A stretch of 63,022 nucleotides of DNA, the filler included, from Sluysia triapertura (Eukaryota), in NCBI GenBank assembly GCA_046118255.1. It is 5 parts of 5 records of this genome, joined end to end, with 100 filler letters (N's around TTAATTAATTAA, not from the genome) between each part and the next. Parts side by side here need not be neighbours in the genome. Positions count along the whole stretch, not along the records: positions 40,673 to 51,530 come from JBJNIA010192517.1; positions 51,631 to 63,022 come from JBJNIA010185180.1; 3 more parts are not named here. One strand, 5' to 3'. Of this stretch, positions 51,001 to 62,949 are shown piece after piece; the stretch's first letter is position 1, and every line of letters begins with the position of its first letter. The notes under the pieces are model-generated. The model ran no database searches. It was not told the DNA's origin and saw nothing but the letters and a program-made list of their open reading frames with translations. The position numbers were made by a program, and so were the translations under genes.

Positions 51001-51639
51001 CGCACGCGTTGGTCACTGTTATTATTGCATCTTAACACTTAAGTTACATACGATATTTGTCTAATAACATTACCTACGATTTGTCCTTTATAGTTTACAT
51101 TGAAGTAAAAAGTAGTTTTATATCGTTATTCTTTAGGAATACCTTCACGTTACTTAAAGATACGCCATTGGTAAGTCGTATACTGTATGCGGACTCTAAA
51201 TATTAGTTTATTTTGCTTTTAGGTAAGTTTTAGAGTTTAAAAGTAAAAAACCCAGCACACCCAAAAGGAAAACATCCTATGAAATGACTGCTATGAAAGA
51301 AGAGAATCTGGAAGTGAGTTTACATGTTTGTAAAGTGGTTTGTTTAATAGTAAACATTTTTCATTAGAAAATTGGATGTGAAAAATCGAAAATCAATTAA
51401 ATTCTAAGAAGTGAAATTAATTCATTTTTTTATGTATGTTAGCAATATTGTTGATTGTTATTTTAATGTGAGAAGTAATTTAAGTAAAAGTAGATTGAGT
51501 AGAGTAAAAGAAAATGATGGTTGATAATAANNNNNNNNNNNNNNNNNNNNNNNNNNNNNNNNNNNNNNNNNNNNTTAATTAATTAANNNNNNNNNNNNNN
51601 NNNNNNNNNNNNNNNNNNNNNNNNNNNNNNGTTTAAGCA

Positions 51640-51939
51640 AATAAACTATTGAATAAATATTATTAAATATTAGGTATTAATTGTTACAGTGTAGTGTAAA
51701 ATAAAGGGTTCGAGAGTATTGAATAGATTATTTCGAATGTCTTTGTTATTGGGTAACCGCGAAAATCGAGTACATTTTTTGGTGGATTAGTTGATGTAAA
51801 TTGGTAGTGTTGAATATAATTGTGATTTAGATGTTGTGGAACTGAATGTATGATTGTTAGGTATGATGACGAGAGAAAGGAAGAAAAAGAGGTATTAGTT
51901 TGTAATAAAATTTAGTGTTTATCAAGGTTGGCCACTACA
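51640..51939 (-). mobile_element. LTR end of the strand-biased family, truncated by a gap
   Basis: Minus strand TGTAGTGGCCAACC...ccacaacatctaaatcacaatta...aatttacatcaactaa, matching the 33051 copy. Confidence 0.7.
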
Positions 51940-52327
51940 CCGTTGCTATCTCCCTACACGTAATCCTTACTACTTGCTATTTCGTAGGTTCATGAATTCC
52001 GCATTCATTTTCCTTTATATTCCTACTAAATTTAGAGCATTTTAAGATATTTATTTTAAAGGTACTGAGATCTTTCTGATATATATTAGATTGTTTTATT
52101 TANNNNNNNNNNNNNNNNNNNNNNNNNNNNNNNNNNNNNNNNNNNNNNNNNNNNNNNNNNNNNNNNNNNNNNNNNNNNNNNNNNNNNNNNNNNNNNNNNN
52201 NNNNNNNNNNNNNNNNNNNNNNNNNNNNNNNNNNNNNNNNNNNNNNNNNNNNNNNNNNNNNNNNNNNNNNNNNTAATATCAATAATAATAATCATAATCA
52301 TAATAATGATAATAATAACAATAATAA

Positions 52328-52468
52328 TATTAGACTTCATAAAATGGACTGACCGGGGATCGAACCCGGAACCTCTACCTGGGCAGTTCGATGCTCTAGC
52401 ACTGAGCTATTTTTATTTTTTTATAGTCAATTTTAGCAAATGGCACTTTAGGCCTTCTTACCCCAACA
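52328..52468 (-). mobile_element. tRNA-containing short LTR-like unit (copy B, best-preserved tRNA part)
   Basis: Minus: TGTTGGGGTAAGAAGGCCTAAAGTGCC...TAGCTCAGTGCTAGAGCATCGAACTGCCCAGGTAGAGGTTCCGGGTTCGATCCCCGGTCAGTCCATTTTATGAAGTCTAATA; inside (AAT)n, ATAA on both sides. Confidence 0.8.
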
Positions 52469-52500
52469 ATAATAATAACATTAATAATAATAATAATAAC

Positions 52501-52543
<43 letters not shown>

Positions 52544-53624
52544 TTAATTTGTCACAATTATAACAAATGAAAATCATCAAACAAAAAATTTAGTGATACA
52601 AAGTTTATTTGATCTACATAATTGTTTTGAAGGCAACTTTTGAACTACACGAATACTTTAGATAATAATAATAATGATAATAATAATAATATATTAAAAT
52701 ATTTCTTTAATAATTCAGTCTTAAATTGTTTATCTTTCTTCTTGATTTGTATATGTTTATTTTACTAATTACATAAATAACTCTATTTTGTTTAAATTTA
52801 TCTAAATTCATCTAGTTTGGCAGATAAAGCAGCGCTTTTATCAAAACTCATTATATTAAGTTAATTAATAACTTCAATAAAATGTTCGATCAATGGAATG
52901 TACCGTGATTTTCTTAGATCATTGAGCTAAGATGTTTCGTTTGTTTTGAAGTGTCAATCAAGCGCATTATTGATTTATAGAACGTAGTTTCTTTCGACTT
53001 CCCGGTGTTGAATCATAATAAAAATAAAATTATAATAAATATATTAATTGATTGTACATTACTGTTTACAATAAAATGAGTAGTCAGTAGCAGATAGAAC
53101 ATTTTTTGATATTTAAATATTTTTGTAAATACTTCATAATGATTGGATAACATTATTCAATATTTGATTGTTTTATTTTTGAAACAAACCATCTATAATT
53201 TTATTATCACTGCGTATTCAGTATAGAATATTATATATTAAATTCATATTCAAATATTTATTATTCTTGCATTTTTATTTTTGCAATTGTACATACAGTT
53301 GCATCATTTATAACACTGTGGTGTCTTGTGTTGTATGAGTCATGCATTTTTATGTTGTAGTTGAGTAGGGTTATTATAGTACTTAAATATGTAAATATAC
53401 ATAGATAATAAAGGATAAAAAATGACATTTAGATTCAAAATATAATTTCTAATGATTTTGTTACATTTTTTATACCATAATATAATATAAAGAAAATTTT
53501 AAATTCATTTGATAATACGAATGTACTTTTCTTAACAATTCATTGTTGTTCTTAATACTGTTTGTAAATTATTCACAAGATTTTACAATAATCATTGCTT
53601 TCAATGTTTAAGGTGTTCACACTA

Positions 53625-53693
53625 ATCCGGTACATTTCCGGGACAAAAGTAAATCGGAACAGTGTACTGGAACCCGGGACGTCTGGTCACCCT
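53625..53693 (+). mobile_element. 3' end of a hAT (Blackjack/Tip100-like) element
   Basis: CCGGGAC subterminal repeats ending CGGGACGTCTGGTCACCCTA, the reverse complement of the TAGGGTGACCAGACGTCCCG-type terminus. Confidence 0.65.
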
Positions 53694-53738
53694 ATAGCTG
53701 AATATCCCTGCAAAATTTTTATAAATCCAATAGGCTAA

Positions 53739-53801
<63 letters not shown>

Positions 53802-54204
53802 TATTTCAAATTTAAGAACAATTACAAAAACAATAATCAATAATCATTAAAATTGTTTATACATTTAAATTTAGACTTAATCCGATATATAATGGCAATA
53901 ATTGAAAATGCTAATTAATAAATATTAATAATTAAAAATTATTTGAATAATATTGCAATAGTTTTGAAAAATAAATAATAAATCTAATAAATAAATAATA
54001 AAAATAATAATATTTAATTATGTGGAATGTTTTTTTTAATTTATCTAACAATTTTAGTATAGGAATTCATATATATTACAAGGGGTAATGGAAACCTTGC
54101 CTACTTAAACTATTGTTATGAACAATCTTATGGGACGAATTTTTTATTCATAAAAAATAATTCTATAGTGTGATTCATGAAAAATTTCATAAATATTAGA
54201 TGTA

Positions 54205-54628
54205 CAGTGGTGGCCAAATTAGTAGACGGAAACAGGGAAAATATGTTTTTAATTTGTTGGTTCATTAAAAATTGGTCGTTTGGGAAAATATGGCAGAATG
54301 AAGAAAATATCAGTGAGAAATGATAGATATTTGGTGACACTTTCTAGGATGAATCGTAAAGCTACCATTACGACTTTGCAGAAGCAGTTAGAGACTTATG
54401 AACGACCCAGAAGAAAGCTTAAGTCGATACCAGGGATGTTGGCATGGAGTCAAGTGTGTTTTACTGACAAATCATCCTTTCAAGGATTGGATGTCATGAG
54501 TTTAATTCTGATTGTGTCTTAGAAACTGTGAAACATCCAACTTTTGATTAATAGTTTCATAGTATCCTTGAAAAATGTTGAATTTTATCACAAACATGGC
54601 CTTTAGACTAATAATTTGACCACCACTA
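54205..54628 (+). mobile_element. Internally deleted Tc1/mariner element
   Basis: TIRs TA-CAGTGGTGGCCAAATTAGTAGAC / AGACTAATAATTTGACCACCACT; remnants RNDRYLVTLSRMNRKAT..LQKQL and WSQVCFTDKSSF. Confidence 0.8.
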
Positions 54629-57600
54629 AGGTTAAACTATTATCATAAAACTATATTGAAGTTTATTCACGAGCTTCATTGAGGTTAAATAATTTTACCT
54701 AGGGATATATAAGTTTACTTAGGATCCCTTTAAATAGATCTTTTTACTAAAAAACACTAAATTAATCATTTAATTATACTCCGTTAAAATAAATTTAAAA
54801 GTTAAACACACAAGGATAATTTCTTGATGAGTATATGAAACAAAATTTAATACTTTTTATAAATAGTGTCTGATAATTTTAGTTGTTATTAATTTTACAA
54901 AAGGTTTTACTACGCAACTAATTTAAACAGTGTTTAAACTGTATAGTTTACCTGGATTTTATCCCCACTAAATTAAAATTGTGGAAAAATCTTTAATAAA
55001 ACAAAACTAAGATTCAATTATAAGAATTACAAGATTTAGTATCTATTAATGCCAAAAAACGAAGTTTTAAATCTGGTTTTTATCTTGTAAAAATTATTTA
55101 TGTCTTAGCTCTTATGAAGTTTTTTTATGGCCTTGAAAATGTACTTAAACAAAAGTTATTATTATATTATTAAATATTATTATACTCATCAATTATACGT
55201 ACTTTCAAATCCAAAAGTATATAATCCTAAAAATCAATATGTTTTAAATACAAGTCATGTTGAAATAAGATTTGGAAACATACTGACCAATCACTTTTTA
55301 TAATACTATCTAGGAATCGTTAACGTGATGATTTATTTAACATTTTCTGTATATTTAATAGAGAGATCATCTTCTTCCAAATTTGACCAATTTGTTTTTC
55401 TATTTATAGTAAACATTCACAATAAACTTCTGTGTGTAAATAACTACAAATTTTAATAAAATATTATAGAGTTAAGAGATCAATCGTAGTACAAAATAAT
55501 TTGCATAATAAATTTAGATGTAATCCACACAATGAAATAATAACGAAGTGTCAACTGTAAATTGTAACTTAGAGTTTGTATATCCTTATTATTATACATC
55601 TAAATTATTTGAGTTTGTGCTTGTTTAAATTTAGTTTCCTTGACGAAATTATTGTATTTAATTAATTAATTTATCAGGATATAAAATTTGTTTATGAAAT
55701 TTACTAACGCTAACGTTAGATTAAGTAATAACATTATAATAATTATAATAATAATAATAAAAGTCTTGATTAATCTAAAAATAAAAAGTACTTTAGCAAG
55801 TACCTATCAAACAAAACGTTAAGAAGAAATTTAAGGTTATATTGTTATATTGAATTAAATTGTTAATTAATTCCTAAAAAACTAATTTTTATCGTCCTAT
55901 TTTAAACAAGTACTTAAAATAAGAAAATACTAATTTATATAGTTATAAACTAATTAAAATCCATCGAATTTATTTATTTTTTGAGCGTCATTTTAAAAAG
56001 GCGTTAAACTTTTATTATTATCACGTGCTATTTTAAAGAAGAACTTAAAATCTTTTGTTAATTAACATAGTAAATTATAATCTTGTTTTAGCAAATATTG
56101 CAAGCACAGATATTTAAACTTGGTGCGCATAATTACACATTTGAACTCCATGAGTTGATTTTGATTTTTTTTATTCTATAACCTATTGACAAGCTCTTAA
56201 GCATGTGAGACTTGGATCACATGTGAACTTAATTGTGATTGGTGGCTTTTATCTTATTAATATCAAATAAGATTTTGCATCGAAATTATGGTTCCTTTAA
56301 GAAGGCTTACTAATGAGGAATAAAAATATAATCAACTGAATTCAACGAATAAAACTCATGAAAATGTATTCAATTAAATAATTGTAATTGAAAAGAAATT
56401 GATTGGACAAAATTATTATAATTGGCTTTAGAAACGAATATCTATTTCAAATATATTATTATTATTATTGTGCATTGGGTTTTGATTAACTTCGATCTTT
56501 AAATGTGATATGTTACTCCGGGTTCGCCTACGTTCTACTATTTACATTTAACATGACGCATTCGTAGGGTTTTGTATAAGATTTAAGGGTTTATACGTAT
56601 TCTGTGGATCTTTTTATGAAACGTCCTGGGAAATATCGATTACTGTAACTCGTAGTTGTCAAACTCAAGTTACTTCTTAATTATAATTTTTTACTAATAA
56701 AATTAATTTTTTTACTTAAACGAGTAGCTTTATTTTGACTCTAACTCATCCTTGAACATTTTAATATTTCTTAATTTAATTCGTTTGAGAACAACTTTTT
56801 TATTTTGTTTTACGTCTTTAAAAAATGTATAATTTGTAATTATTTAGTCTTTAACATTCCTTTTGGACTGTACTCATCGAATTTAAAGAATTTATATATT
56901 TTTTGACAACTTGTGGCTACTCACTATTAAACTTAATATCTTTTACAACAAAAATGAAATTTCTTCTTTTAAAAATAACTACAAAAGTTTATGCTAAAAA
57001 TTTAAGTTTACAGAACTGAACTATAATATAAGTATATAAAAATATTATTTAGAAGGTTTACTTCTAAAGTATCGTTTAATCGTTTATGAATAAATTGTCT
57101 CCAGCTGAAACTAGAGAGTAGAATAATTAATGAATTCACTTAGATTTTATGTCAGAACTTATAACAATAAACTTACAAAAAATTTGGAAAGGTTTTTTAT
57201 TTATTAAGAATCATTTCGTGGCAATTGACGACATTTGTTTAAAATTATGTTTGAAATTATCGATTTATCAATAATATATATGACTATTGAAGAATCACCA
57301 ATGCAGTATTCAGAATATATCAAAAAAAATTGTAATCTAATTTGTCCAAGAACGGAACTTTAACCAAATTGATGGCGTAATAACTTTATCCGACTAGAAA
57401 TGTATATTTTTGTGTGTTATTGGCTATTTTTTCATCTATTTATACACTGAATTTAATTTAATTTAAAATTATATTTTATAAATTTATTTTATATTTTATA
57501 AATTATATTTTATAATTTTTTATTGTAAATAACACGTTTTCTTTATTATCTTTATTTAGATAATCCATGTATTATTAATAATACTTATTATTAATAGTAC

Positions 57601-57992
57601 TTATTAATAATTATTATTAAATTCGTCTTTACTATTTATTATTATTATTATTATCATTATTTTATATTTTCAGACAGTTTTTTTGGATCATTTCTCACAA
57701 TTTAAAAGTCTTATTATTTCCCTTTAAACCTAATGACACGTTTTTGAATATATATAAAAATAAAATACATTTTCGTTATTAAATGTATAAAATAATTTTT
57801 TTATTGTTTAAAATATTGTTTTAAATCGCATTTTCAAAATTTGTACATCAATTTTGAATGTGTGTAAATTAATTTTATAATGAAATAATTATTAATTCTT
57901 ATTTAAACGGTTTATCACAAAAGAAATAGTTATAATTGATGAATAAAATATTAATTTTTTAGTTTAATACTATTTTTATGTTTCTACATCTT

Positions 57993-58224
57993 TGTTAGAC
58001 TTCATAAAACCTTTCTGTTTTGTTTTATTATAATCACTTATACTATCATTATTCTTTAGATCTGTACCCCCAACATATCTCACTTAACTCAATTGTGTTT
58101 GTCCTCAAACAACTTGTAAATCATTTAATTCGATATGTAGGTTCATCGAACCTGGGCGCAGTTCGATTCTCTGACAATTATACTATCATTATTTTAAATG
58201 GCACTTTAGGCCTTTATCCCAAAA
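57993..58224 (-). mobile_element. Decayed two-LTR TRIM-like copy of the tRNA-LTR family
   Basis: Minus strand: LTR piece 58224-58135 (GGGATAAAGGCCTAAAGTGCC...GAATCGAACTGCGCCCAGGTTCGA), ~60-bp spacer ending in purine-rich AAGTGAGA, second LTR TGTTGGGGGTA...TTTTATGAAGTCTAACA (58075-57993); TATACTATCATTATT is present in both pieces. Confidence 0.55.
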
Positions 58225-58263
58225 AATTTATTTTTTCAAAACGATTAATAGTGAAAAGTGCTT

Positions 58264-58410
58264 TGTTGGGGGGTAAGAGGCCTAAAGTGCCTTTTGGTAT
58301 ATTTTGAATATAGTAATATAAATTGCTATACGGGGCTGATAGAGCATCGAACTGCGCAATGAGAGGTCCCAGGTTCGTTCCCCGATCAGTCCATTTTATG
58401 AAGCCTAACA
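58264..58410 (+). mobile_element. tRNA-containing solo-LTR-like unit (copy E) with 4-bp TSD
   Basis: TGTTGGGGGGTAAGAGGCCTAAAGTGCC...AGAGCATCGAACTGC...GAGGTCCCAGGTTCGTTCCCCG..CCATTTTATGAAGCCTAACA flanked by GCTT (58260-58263 and 58411-58414). Confidence 0.8.
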
Positions 58411-58959
58411 GCTTCTTTATCGATCATAACACTCAAAGTCGATGCAGTTAATCCTATTACGAGACTTTAACTCTACGAACACAGCAAATATTGAAAGAAA
58501 ACAACAATGAACTTCAAAAGAAGAATAAAAATATAATTAAATCATTAAAAAATTCAAAAATCAATGCAAAACTTTCCCTATACATTTTATTTGTTACTTA
58601 TTCTAGAATAACAATAATATTGAATATTGAAAAATTAATCATATATAATCCTATTGGGATGTTCGATCTGGTGGTGTGTTTAAATTTAAGTGAAAATTTC
58701 TCCTCAATATTTCGGGGTCCTTTACTAAAAATTGATAATACAAGTGATTTTAAGTGGAAATCAAAATCGCCTTAATAATACAACAATTGACTTTTTCATG
58801 GAACCAAAATCCGATGATTAAATCCTTTGATGAACTTGCTCGATCCAAATTGTAATAGCAGAATTTTCCAAAATGGCTGACTGATAAATGTGGTATTAAG
58901 ATGACTGAAAAATTAAATGGCTGACTAAATTAAATGGCGATTTTCATTAAACTGATGAA

Positions 58960-59025
58960 TCAGCCAATGAAAATCGATGGAGTGCTCTAGAACATTCTAG
59001 AAGCTTCTATTCTATTTATATAAGC
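58960..59025 (+). promoter_or_regulatory. CCAAT + heat-shock element + TATA promoter module in a repeat
   Basis: CCAAT 58964; CTC-TA-GAA-CA-TTC-TA-GAA-GC-TTC 58985-59007; TATATAAG 59017. Confidence 0.65.
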
Positions 59026-59108
59026 AAATTTTCTTTTTTGGATAATAAATTTCTTTTTAGAAAATAAATTTCTTTTTGGAAAATAAATTTCTTTTCTGGA
59101 AAATTAAT
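59026..59108 (+). repeat. Four tandem ~19-bp repeats (AAATTTCTTTTTRGAAAAT)
   Basis: Directly visible just downstream of the TATA box. Confidence 0.8.
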
Positions 59109-59233
59109 ATTTTTAGGTGTTTTTGACACTTATAAATAATTTTAAAACATTTTGTGAGATTTTAAAGGATCGTGATGGCAGACCTAACAAAAATTAAGTC
59201 AAAAAGTAATAGTATAATAGTAAACGTGAATAA

Positions 59234-59285
<52 letters not shown>

Positions 59286-60420
59286 TATATATTATAAAAA
59301 ATAACAAACAATAGTGCGAATAAAATAGTATCAAAAAGTAATTCTATTATATTTTATTGTATTACAAAAACTTTAAAATGTCGTTATTATGGAAAAAATC
59401 GAATATAGATATTTACTATTTCAATCTATTTATTGAAAGAATTTGGTGTTCAATTATTGTTCAAGTTATTTATTTAAGAAGAAGGAATTTATAATTTGGA
59501 ATTTGGTATTGTTATTTGAATAACTGACATTTCATTATCATAATTTAAATACATTAATATTTAACTTTGAATGTTTATCAGAATAACTTAACAGAAATTT
59601 ACGAGCATCCAAAAATAACTACGTGTGGTACATTTTACATTGAGAATATTATTCGAATTAATTCGTTTTAAATTTATTACTAACGTTTGATAAATAAATT
59701 ATAGGCAGTTTAGCTTATATAATTTAAAATCTTGAATTTTGACATTAATCAAACAAAGTTTCACTTCCATCTCTTACACCAGAGACGAATGAACAGTAAC
59801 CTCTAGTTTATTATTATAAGTGTTAGAAAACAATTACTTTAAGCTCGAGCCAAATAGTAATATTAGAAGATAAATTCAAGTTGTAGCTTTAGTCAAACAA
59901 AAGGTTATTAAAACAACAAAATAATTTTTCTAATAAGATTTTTTAAATTAATTAGAATATATTAAAAAAATAATAATTGAATTATTAAACATCAATTTTA
60001 ATGTTGGATTTGCATTAATTTTTTTAATTAAATTCTTTTAAGAGACTTTACTGAATTAAGTTTTGCATTTTGTATTTTTTAAGAGTTTTATTTTTGGTAA
60101 TATAATAAAAATATTTTTAAAATACTCAATCTCGTAAAGTACATTTGGGGTATTCATCCATAAATGTTTTTAAATGATATTTTAAGTTTTCTCTGCATGG
60201 ATTACATCTCATCTATATTTATTTTAGATTTTAGTTTCTCAATTTTTTATTATTCTTTGATTTAATATATCATTACTTCAACTTATTTTTGTAATTAAAT
60301 ATAAAATCCATGTTTTTAATTGGTCGATTGATATCCAATGTATTAACAAACAATTATTTTATTTATCAGTAAATATTTTTAATAGTTTTATTTATTAAAT
60401 TGAAATTTAACAATATTATA

Positions 60421-62181
60421 ATGTTCATATTACCATTACTAATTTCTTTACTAATAAATATTAAATCAATAATGGCAGTTAGTGGCTGTACTGTTATGTT
60501 GAAAAATCCAAATTCAATATTTAAACATGCAATTTGTCAATTTCAGACGTCACATTTAACTAAAATACCGACAGATTTGCCGCCAACATTAATCAGTCTT
60601 GACATTTCGAATCAAAACATCAATTCTATTGATCAGTCACAATTTCAACACATTTATCAATTAGAATATTTGAAAATTACGTCTTGTGGATTATCAGTTA
60701 TCGAATCAGCCACGTTTACTCCTTTATCGATGCTATCTAGTTTAATTTTACACAACAATTCTTTAGTAATACATTTAAACTATAACATTCAATCATATAT
60801 ATTTGAACCGTTAGTTAATCTGAAATTACTGGATTTATCATACAACTATCTTCAAGTAATACCGAAGCGATTTTTTTACAATCTCGGTAATACTTTGCTT
60901 CATTTAAATTTAGCTCATTCAAAAGCACCGATCAGTTTTACTCCAGAAACCTTTGATAATTTACGAAAACTACAAACATTAGATTTATCATCCAACAATT
61001 TACTGACATTAGATCGCAAATTCGAATATCAATTTGAAAATATGTTGAAATTACAAAATTTATTACTCTATAATAATCCATGGCGTTGTGATTGTGATTT
61101 AAAATGGCTGGTTTTATGGAAACAAAATACTATGGTATCATTAGCTTCTGATCCTAGTAAAATCAATTATGATAGATTTCCAGCACCAAAATGTCATTCG
61201 CCGTTATCAATGAAAGGTATCAATTTATTTAAACCATTAACTGAATCTATTGGACCATTTGAATTTCCGTGTGCACCTGTTTGCTTAACTGCATCAAAAT
61301 CATATCAAATTTCATTAGGTACTAATTTAACTTTGTCGTGTACTTTTAAAATTTATGGTCAACAATTGCAAATACAATGGCTATTTAATGACTCATATAT
61401 CGGTGACGATAATATCAAATATTATATTGATGAATATAAACAAAAATTACATACAATATTAACTATATATAATTTTACCGATAAATTAATAGGTATTTGG
61501 AAATGTAATGCTTTATTTGATGGTTTATTTATTGGTACTAATTTTACAATTATATTGAAATCAAATTCTGATCAAACCAATATTAGAAATAATTTGTTTT
61601 ATCAAACAACAAATTCAACTGGATCTACAAAAATAATTGCATTTACAATTATTGGATCTATGACTTTATTTATTTTAATAATTCTATTTATAGCTATAGT
61701 ATATAGATATTTTCATTCGAAATCATCAGTATTTAAAACTGAATACGGTAATCACATACGATTAGATGATAAAGCATTATTTATAGAATTATCACCGAGT
61801 AAACTGTTTTCATTTGATGATTTTAGTAATTATCAAAGTAATAGTAATTTGTATGCTAATAATAATACTATTAATTCAGAACATGGTGGCGGAATATTAT
61901 GGTCATTTATGAATGACTTAGATTCTAACATTGAACCGTCAATTTTATCTAATATTCCTACACCATCATTGGATCATTCTCATGTAATTTTAAATCCATA
62001 TTTAAATAATCATAATAATGATGCTTTATCTAATACAATAATAACACGAATGCCAACATCTAAACCTTGCCCAATTCATAGTGATTTAGAATCTGAAACT
62101 GTTTCTTTAACTAATTCATTGTTACGGCCTTGTCCAGTTCACGGAGATTTGTTGACTAATATTTCTAATTCTGATAATTAA
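60421..62181 (+). CDS. Single-exon LRR + Ig-domain type I membrane protein (LIG family, Kekkon/LRFN/LINGO-like)
   Basis: Signal peptide, LRRNT (LTKIPTDLPP), ~6 LRRs, LRRCT (NNPWRCDCDLKW..C..P), Ig domain (LTLSC..IQW..GIWKC), TM (IIAFTIIGSMTLFILIILFIAIVY), cytoplasmic tail; first ATG at 60421. Confidence 0.92.
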   Translation: MFILPLLISLLINIKSIMAVSGCTVMLKNPNSIFKHAICQFQTSHLTKIPTDLPPTLISLDISNQNINSIDQSQFQHIYQLEYLKITSCGLSVIESATFTPLSMLSSLILHNNSLVIHLNYNIQSYIFEPLVNLKLLDLSYNYLQVIPKRFFYNLGNTLLHLNLAHSKAPISFTPETFDNLRKLQTLDLSSNNLLTLDRKFEYQFENMLKLQNLLLYNNPWRCDCDLKWLVLWKQNTMVSLASDPSKINYDRFPAPKCHSPLSMKGINLFKPLTESIGPFEFPCAPVCLTASKSYQISLGTNLTLSCTFKIYGQQLQIQWLFNDSYIGDDNIKYYIDEYKQKLHTILTIYNFTDKLIGIWKCNALFDGLFIGTNFTIILKSNSDQTNIRNNLFYQTTNSTGSTKIIAFTIIGSMTLFILIILFIAIVYRYFHSKSSVFKTEYGNHIRLDDKALFIELSPSKLFSFDDFSNYQSNSNLYANNNTINSEHGGGILWSFMNDLDSNIEPSILSNIPTPSLDHSHVILNPYLNNHNNDALSNTIITRMPTSKPCPIHSDLESETVSLTNSLLRPCPVHGDLLTNISNSDN

Positions 62182-62269
62182 TATAATTTTTGTTGTTATT
62201 TTTCCTTGTGGTTTTGGGCTCGGAATAAACGATGTGCTCGATTTTTTTGTGATGGTTTTTAAGAGATGA

Positions 62270-62833
62270 TTATTGACTAATCTGAAATTCTGATTGATTT
62301 GTATTTTCTTGTTCTGTATTTACATTATCTTTTACTCTTTTCTGTGCTAATTTTGCCTGATGTTTCCAATCTTGAATAAAATTTGTAAAAATAAATCCAA
62401 TTGTTGTTATTATTACCATAGATATCAAAAGACCAATCCAAATTCCTTTTATATCTAAAGATGTCGCAAAACCTAAAGAAATACCAATTGGTTGTCCAAG
62501 AACATAATAAGCAAGTAAAACAAATGCTATAGTAGGTATTTGTCTTCCACAACCTCTTAGTGCACCTGAATTGATAGTAGAGAAAAAATCAAACAGTGAT
62601 TTAAATATCATATATGGAAAAGTTTCAGTAGCCAGATTCTGAATATCCTTATCATTAGTGAACAACTTAGCCGCATAGTTACTAAGACCTAGCAGCAGAG
62701 AGCAACATATAATTCCATAAAGTAATGTTAAGATCATGCCGCATCGGTAGGACAGTAATGCGCGTTTCCAATTGTAAGCACTTAATGCTTCTCCTACACG
62801 AATATTCACAGCTACACCTAATGCAAAACAGAC
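62270..62833 (-). CDS. MATE (SLC47-like) multidrug/toxin extrusion transporter, C-terminal part
   Basis: LGVAVNIRVGEAL, LFTNDKDI, SGALRGCGRQ, AYYVLGQPIGISL, GIWIGL, DWKHQAKLAQKRV; 5' boundary uncertain. Confidence 0.88.
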   Translation of the reverse strand, partial: VCFALGVAVNIRVGEALSAYNWKRALLSYRCGMILTLLYGIICCSLLLGLSNYAAKLFTNDKDIQNLATETFPYMIFKSLFDFFSTINSGALRGCGRQIPTIAFVLLAYYVLGQPIGISLGFATSLDIKGIWIGLLISMVIITTIGFIFTNFIQDWKHQAKLAQKRVKDNVNTEQENTNQSEFQISQ

Positions 62834-62949
62834 TTGAATTAAATCATCTCTACTAAATTGGGTTTTGAAATCGGAATAATTCGTTCTACATTTTTCTAAC
62901 GATTGTAACTGCTTCTTTGCTTCAATACTTTCATCATCAAATGATAAAA

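Noticed and set aside
52340-52410. Functional tRNA gene
   Set aside because: No 5' acceptor strand pairing with TCAGTCC, irregular anticodon arm, and multiple diverged copies embedded in a TGTT...AACA repeat.
59026-59108. CRISPR-like array
   Set aside because: Contiguous tandem repeats without unique spacers, in a eukaryotic context with no cas genes.
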